Source of the DNA: Lysobacterales bacterium
Lineage (GTDB): Bacteria > Pseudomonadota > Gammaproteobacteria > Xanthomonadales > SZUA-38
Length of the DNA: 41,001 bases
Reading direction: 5' to 3'
Assembly (NCBI GenBank): GCA_033722075.1
Contig: JAWVZU010000004.1
Span: forward strand, 1-41,001
The stretch's first letter is position 1. Each line of letters starts with the position of its first letter. Made by a program: the position numbers and the translations under genes. The notes beneath the pieces were generated by a model. The model was not told where the DNA came from. It made no database searches and was given only the letters and a program-made list of their open reading frames with translations. This document shows positions 36,022-41,001 of this stretch, one piece after another.

Positions 36022-37902
36022 ATGCAGCATCCCAGGGTACTGCTCACCGCAGGAACACTGTTATCCGCTTTCTTTGGCGATGCAGCGGCGCAGTGTCCGT
36101 CGAACATGGTCGGCTACTGGCCGATGAACGGGAACGCTCGCGAAGTTGTCGGCGATACGCAATCGTCATTGGTCGGGAACGTGACGTTCGCTCCGGGCGT
36201 AGTCGCCAGCGGCGCCGAATTCGATGGCTTTGGAGCCTACGTGCAGGCGACGCCGCGCGCGGAACTGAATCTGGGAGGTGCCAGCAACATGAGTGTCGCT
36301 GCTTGGGCGCGGAGGGAACCCGATGCCGCATTCGGCGACTCGGCCGGGGCAATCATCAGCTCTCGCACGCTCTGCAATCTGGGCAACTGGCAACTCTACG
36401 GACATATTTTCAACGCGGCGTACTACAGCAAGTGGCAGTCCGACGGTGACGAGGATCAGTTCGTAACCAGCCACACCATGCCCACGAGCACCTGGGAGCA
36501 TCTGGTCTTCACCTATCAGGACGGAGAGATCCGATTTTATCTCAACGGCACTCTCTCCGAGACTCTTGCCCCCCTGACTTTCGGCGGTCCCATAAACACG
36601 GCATCCAACGATATCCAACTCGGGTGGGACAGTTGCGACTCCTACTGGACCGGCGGCATCGACGAAGTGGCGGTCTTCGATACGACGCTGTCCGCCACCG
36701 AGGTCGCAGACATTTATCAGAAGGGCGTCGACGGCGAGGCGCTGTGCGAAGAGGCTGCAGTCGCCGTCCCCTTGCCCGCGGGCGCTGGCACTAACGATCA
36801 GTTCGGCAAGGCCGTGGCTACCGACGGTAACCTGTTCGTCATCGGTCAGCCGGAAGCGAACGGCGGCGAAGGCCAGGTGGTGGTTTATCGCCAGGAAGGT
36901 CAAGATCTGATCGAAGAGGCGGTTCTGCCGGTCCCTGCGGATCATGCTGCGGCCGGGTTCGGTGCGGCGCTGGCCCTTGAAGGGGGGCGGCTGGTGATCG
37001 GGGCGCCAAAGGAACCGGCGGCCGCTGCAAAGGGGCTTGTCGCTCTGAAGGCAGCGATCTACGAGAGACTGAACAACGGCACTTGGTCGATGAAAGCTAC
37101 CCTTGCCCCGGTCAACGGCAATGCTGGCGACGAGTTCGGTGCGGCGGTTGCCCTCGATGGAAACCGCATCGTTGTCGGCGCGCCAGGCGATAGCGAGGGC
37201 GAGCCCGCTGGCTCCGGCGCCGCCTATGCGTATGATTTCGCCAACGACACCGTCTCCCAGGCGCGGAAGCTCAAGCCGGCGGATCAGCCTGAGGGCTCAA
37301 AGTTCGGGTCTTCGGTCGCGACTGCCGGGGGCATGATTGCAGTAGGCGCGCCCGGGACGGTAGCCGGAGGTGCCGCGACAGGCGCAGTACGCCTTTTCAA
37401 GCAGATCTCCGACAACCTGGCCGATCTTGACGATCGCGGCTCAATAACGGGTTCGACAGGCGATGGCGACGGCTTCGGGACGGCCGTAGCCATGACCGCC
37501 GCAACAATTATCGTAGGCGCGCCAGGGGAAGACGGTTCCGGCGCGGACCAGGGTGCCCTGTACCTTTTGGATCCGGAGAACACCACCAGCACAAACAAGC
37601 TGACCCCGGACACGCCACAGGATAATGCAGGCTTCGGACTGGCGGTCGCGGTCAATGCAACCGCCGGCGTGGTTGGCGCTCCCGGCTTCGATGCCGGAGC
37701 CGGAGCGGCCTACCGATTCGAGCTGGCGTCACTTGCCCAAAAACAGATCACCCCGAAGATCGCGGACCTGAAAGGCTTCGGTTCATCCGTGTCAATATCC
37801 ACCAACGGGTTGGTCATCGGCGCCCCTAACACCGCCGGCGATACCGGTTCCGCGGTCGCACAGACCGACATCGTTCTGATCTACAGAAGCGGATTCGAGT
37901 AG
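36022..37902 (+). CDS. Secreted LamG/concanavalin-like domain + 7-repeat FG-GAP propeller protein, ending LIYRSGFE
   Basis: Signal peptide MQHPRVLL...AAAQ; LamG motifs VGYWPMNG, SVAAW, WEHLVFTY, FYLNG, GGIDEVAVFD..LS..EV; FG-GAP repeats from about 36780. Alternative start 35983. Confidence 0.85.
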   Translation: MQHPRVLLTAGTLLSAFFGDAAAQCPSNMVGYWPMNGNAREVVGDTQSSLVGNVTFAPGVVASGAEFDGFGAYVQATPRAELNLGGASNMSVAAWARREPDAAFGDSAGAIISSRTLCNLGNWQLYGHIFNAAYYSKWQSDGDEDQFVTSHTMPTSTWEHLVFTYQDGEIRFYLNGTLSETLAPLTFGGPINTASNDIQLGWDSCDSYWTGGIDEVAVFDTTLSATEVADIYQKGVDGEALCEEAAVAVPLPAGAGTNDQFGKAVATDGNLFVIGQPEANGGEGQVVVYRQEGQDLIEEAVLPVPADHAAAGFGAALALEGGRLVIGAPKEPAAAAKGLVALKAAIYERLNNGTWSMKATLAPVNGNAGDEFGAAVALDGNRIVVGAPGDSEGEPAGSGAAYAYDFANDTVSQARKLKPADQPEGSKFGSSVATAGGMIAVGAPGTVAGGAATGAVRLFKQISDNLADLDDRGSITGSTGDGDGFGTAVAMTAATIIVGAPGEDGSGADQGALYLLDPENTTSTNKLTPDTPQDNAGFGLAVAVNATAGVVGAPGFDAGAGAAYRFELASLAQKQITPKIADLKGFGSSVSISTNGLVIGAPNTAGDTGSAVAQTDIVLIYRSGFE

Positions 37903-37997
37903 TCCCAGTTTGATTCTGGCATTTCCTGAGCGCGGCCCGATCAGTTGGCTGGCCTTCGCTAACCGTTCCCTACTGGCTCCGTGCTAGTCTTGCGTGC

Positions 37998-38933
37998 GTG
38001 AAAACTCTCCTTGCCTTGCTGCTTCTTATCCCGCTAGCGCGCTCTACTGACGACCAGACTACTTCGTCTGCGGATGACCTGAATTTCGGAAACGCTTCCT
38101 TTCAGGACGCGGCCCTCTGGAGGCCTCGAACCATTGCCGATGAAAGGATCCGCTATGGGACCGGCGGACAACCCGTGCAGTTTGCGGACCTGCGCGTCCC
38201 TGGAGGCGAAGCGCCGGCGTCTGGCTTCCCGGTGATTGTCTTTCTGCACGGCGGGGCCTGGCGCGCGAAATGGTCAAAGGACTACGGCGAGGCCTTCGTC
38301 GAGGAACTTGCCGACGAGGGCTTCGCCACCTGGGACGTGGAATACCGGCGACTTGGGCATCCAGGGGGCGGCTACCCTGGCACCTTCGAGGATGTAGCCG
38401 ACGCCCTGGATCACCTGCGAGCCCTGGTGCCGAAGCATCCCCTGGATCTATCCCGGGTGATTGCCGTGGGCCACTCCTCCGGCGGACATCTTGCCCTCTG
38501 GCTGGCGGGTCGGCGGCACATGGCCGAATCCGGCCCCCTGTATCGGGAGAATCCGCTACCCCTGCGCGGTGTGATCTCGCTGGCCGGAGTGAATGACCTC
38601 GAGCTCTCACTGACTCTTGGCGATCGCAGAGACGTGCTGGAGCTGGCCGGGGTGGACTCCCTGGACGGTGGCCGGGAACAACTCGACCAGATCGATCCGG
38701 GACGCCTCCTGCCGCTGGGCGTTCCGCTGATCCTGTACATTGGTGACAAGGACTCGGACTGGCGTCTGGAGATGACGAATCGTTTCGAGGACAAGGCCCG
38801 AAAAGCCGGGGATACGGTAACCACAATCATCGTTTCGGGCGCAAACCACATGGATGTCACGGATGCCGGTACCGGCTTTTCGCAGCTGATCGCCCAAAGC
38901 GCCCGGGAGTTGCTTCAGGTACCCGGCAGCTAG
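37998..38933 (+). CDS. Secreted alpha/beta hydrolase (HSL/BD-FAE-like esterase)
   Basis: HGGAW oxyanion motif, VEYRR, GHSSGGHLALW nucleophile, C-terminal His (ANH). GTG start with signal peptide. Confidence 0.9.
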   Translation: MKTLLALLLLIPLARSTDDQTTSSADDLNFGNASFQDAALWRPRTIADERIRYGTGGQPVQFADLRVPGGEAPASGFPVIVFLHGGAWRAKWSKDYGEAFVEELADEGFATWDVEYRRLGHPGGGYPGTFEDVADALDHLRALVPKHPLDLSRVIAVGHSSGGHLALWLAGRRHMAESGPLYRENPLPLRGVISLAGVNDLELSLTLGDRRDVLELAGVDSLDGGREQLDQIDPGRLLPLGVPLILYIGDKDSDWRLEMTNRFEDKARKAGDTVTTIIVSGANHMDVTDAGTGFSQLIAQSARELLQVPGS

Positions 38934-38943
38934 ACGCGGGACA

Positions 38944-38968
38944 TTCCGCTTTTCGGCCAGGAGCGGAC
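38944..38968 (+). repeat. 25-bp imperfect palindrome, copy 1 (TTCCGCTTTTCGGCCAGGAGCGGAC)
   Basis: Arms TCCGCT/AGCGGA around a GGCC core; 18/25 identical to 40807-40831, same orientation. Confidence 0.7.
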
Positions 38969-39110
38969 CTCCACACAAATTAGCGAGTCTCGACGACTTG
39001 CCATCGAGAAGGGCACGTACGATTTCAGCCTGCCGCTGGCCTTCGCCGCCCCTCCACCGCCGCAGTTTGAACTCCGCCCGTGGGCCCGGCACCGCCCCGC
39101 CTCTCTTCTG

Positions 39111-40502
39111 TCAGCGCGGGAGATCCAGGGATTCGAGTTTGCCTTCCTCGTCGAAACGGGGCGCGAGGCCCGCGGTTTCCAACAGCTCGCGCAGGGTAGC
39201 GTACGGGTGGGATACCGGTTCAAAAACCAGCGCTTCAAGTCGCCTGGCGGTGCCCTCCGCAAGCCCACGCGAGCGAGCAAGCCGGAAATAGTGATCCGGG
39301 GCGATCTCGGCGACTTCCTCGGCCTCCGAGGTCTCGAGGAACGCTCTCCAAAACTCGAAGATGTCGCCCTCGGCCAGTCCCGCCTCCGTGACCAGCGCGA
39401 TGAGGTCGCCGCAAGCGTAGTAGGCGTCGAACCGGCCCGTTTGGATCGCCGCTGCCAGCGGGGCGCCGGTGTCGAGATAGGCAACGCAGTCCGCAAATGC
39501 CCTGCCGTAGACCTCGCCCAGGAAATCCTTGCGATCTTCGGCGAGTCGGCCGCTGATTCGATGCGCCATCGTGTTCGCTACGCCCTCCTGCATCCACGCG
39601 TGCGCCGCGGGAACCCCAGGCATGCCGGCGGCATTCTGGTAGACGTGCGCGCTCTCGTGGGCAAGGAACCAACGAAAATAGGCGAGGATGGAGGCATCAG
39701 GTTCAAGCAGCGCGTCGCCCGAGACCTGGAGCGCGAGCTGCTGCCCGAGCGCGCCACCCGTCTGGGCCAGACCGGGGTGCTCCGCACCGTCGAAGACGAA
39801 CAGCACCTCCACGGGCTCCGGAAGCGTGAACCCCCATTCGGTCGACAGTTCAGCAAAGATCGCGGTCAGGTCGTCGTCGAGCTGATCCCGGATCCAGGCA
39901 GGCAGCCCACGATCGATGAAGCCGACATAGTTCTCGCTGGTCTCGACCCTGGCGTCCCCGACATAGACGTAACTGCCGTCGCCCTCGGGCGAGAGTTCGA
40001 GCGAGCCGTCGGCCCAAGCGCCGCCGTGGAAGAGGCTCCGCTCAGACTCGATGGTGAGGGTGTAGTCAAACAGATCGCCAGGCCAGCTCTCGCCATTGCC
40101 CTCGAAGGCGGCGACCTCGGCGCGGCCAGTTGCGGAGGAGACGCGGAACTGGCCTTCCAGCACACCCCAACCACCGTCTGTAAATGCCAGGAAGGGCGTG
40201 TACGCCTTGGCGAGCGACGTCGTATGTGGCTCGATCTCGAACACCGCTTGCCGGGCTGGAGGCTCGAACAGCATGACATCCGTCTGCCCCACGGTTTCTA
40301 ATGCGACACCCTCGGTCAGCGAGGTCCAGTGGCCCGCTCGATAGGGCTCCGGAGCTTGCCGAAACACGACCGCCCGCTGAGGTTCGGGGAACCGAAAAGC
40401 AACGATCCAGCGCCCGTCTGGCATTTCCCGGAGCTTGACTTCCGTTACCGCTTGCTCGCTCGCGGTCACCAACACGGCAGCGGTGGCGAGCACGAGGCCC
40501 AT
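39111..40502 (-). CDS. Secreted hypothetical protein with gluzincin (M1/M61-like) motif
   Basis: FLAHESAHVYQ followed by WMQEGVA; GGALG exopeptidase-like motif; hydrophobic N-terminus. Start uncertain (40502, possibly up to 40607). Confidence 0.7.
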   Translation of the reverse strand: MGLVLATAAVLVTASEQAVTEVKLREMPDGRWIVAFRFPEPQRAVVFRQAPEPYRAGHWTSLTEGVALETVGQTDVMLFEPPARQAVFEIEPHTTSLAKAYTPFLAFTDGGWGVLEGQFRVSSATGRAEVAAFEGNGESWPGDLFDYTLTIESERSLFHGGAWADGSLELSPEGDGSYVYVGDARVETSENYVGFIDRGLPAWIRDQLDDDLTAIFAELSTEWGFTLPEPVEVLFVFDGAEHPGLAQTGGALGQQLALQVSGDALLEPDASILAYFRWFLAHESAHVYQNAAGMPGVPAAHAWMQEGVANTMAHRISGRLAEDRKDFLGEVYGRAFADCVAYLDTGAPLAAAIQTGRFDAYYACGDLIALVTEAGLAEGDIFEFWRAFLETSEAEEVAEIAPDHYFRLARSRGLAEGTARRLEALVFEPVSHPYATLRELLETAGLAPRFDEEGKLESLDLPR

Positions 40503-40806
40503 TAGCCAACCACCAACACGTATGCGGCACTCTGGTCTCGCTTGCGGACGCCCCGGCATACGGGCTTCTGCAATTACGATCGCATGTTCCGTAGATCCTG
40601 AAGCCATCGAGTAGTTTTCCTGCTCGAACGAACGACGAATTTAGCAGTGGCCCCGATCTGCGTCACCCCTGGCCGGCGAGCGACGGTTCTCCGCCGGACC
40701 GAGTTCAGAAGGCACATTCGAAAAAATTCAGAATCTCTGAATAACGCCTGATGGGCATTGGATCCCATCCGGACCTGCCTGGAAATCCCCAAAAGCCGTC
40801 TCAAAT

Positions 40807-40831
40807 GTCTGCTACCGGGCCAAGAGCGGAC
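40807..40831 (+). repeat. 25-bp imperfect palindrome, copy 2 (GTCTGCTACCGGGCCAAGAGCGGAC)
   Basis: Arms GTCTGCT/AGCGGAC around a GGCC core; 13 of the last 14 nt identical to copy 1. Confidence 0.7.
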
Positions 40832-40903
40832 TTTCACCCAAGCTGTCACATTTGATCCTCTCCGGGTAGTGGACCAATATCGAGGCCACAACCCGGAAAC
40901 GCC

Positions 40904-41001
40904 ATGACAGACAGCAGCCACGATCCGACCATGCAGCAGTCCACGCTGCTGCGTTTCGCCAAGGCCGCACTGGCCGAAGATGCGGATCCCCAGGATCTCC
41001 C
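40904..41001 (+). CDS. Start of an ORF running off the window (MTDSSHDPTMQQSTLLRFAKAALAEDADPQDL...), product unknown
   Basis: ATG with GGAA upstream, open to the window edge, GC3-rich codons. Confidence 0.5.
   Translation, partial: MTDSSHDPTMQQSTLLRFAKAALAEDADPQDL

Noticed and set aside
40574-40921. 115-aa minus-strand ORF and small hairpins (TTCAGA-ATC-TCTGAA; GATGGG...CCCATC)
   Set aside because: Atypical composition and no motifs; it spans the repeat site and promoter region. The hairpins are short and may be chance or simple operators.

Overview
High-GC bacterial chromosome segment. Its gene content resembles Gammaproteobacteria of the Xanthomonadales/Wenzhouxiangella-like type (inference only). 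From left to right: (1) the 3' end of an EGKCG-repeat RiPP precursor with its MNIO (DUF692) enzyme and DUF2063 partner (HvfABC/oxazolin-type metal-binding RiPP locus); (2) large secreted modular proteins (M12 reprolysin-like metzincin, SMP-30-like propeller, BNR/VPS10 + FG-GAP protein, S8 subtilase) and a GNAT; (3) tRNA-Val(GAC); (4) a tightly coupled minus-strand operon: patatin, M48 peptidase, three TIGR00266/AIM24 genes, Glu/Leu/Phe/Val dehydrogenase; (5) a cobalamin riboswitch with btuB, and an Oar-like TonB-dependent receptor; (6) an octaheme cytochrome c / small membrane protein / lipoprotein operon; (7) an exported methyltransferase-like protein, FMN reductase, DODA dioxygenase, M28 lipoprotein and cystathionine gamma-synthase/lyase; (8) an accessory-looking right end (truncated DUF4386 gene, LamG + FG-GAP protein, alpha/beta hydrolase, gluzincin-like gene). 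Best leads: two paralogous 'variable N-domain + 7-bladed FG-GAP + C-terminal GFE' secreted proteins; a pair of 25-bp palindromic direct repeats bracketing one gene like a cassette; an unnamed W-x-[DN]-P-x3-G-x-G domain pair shared by two unrelated proteases; the expanded RiPP precursor; and the AIM24 and octaheme operons. All family calls come from motif recognition by eye; no searches were run.
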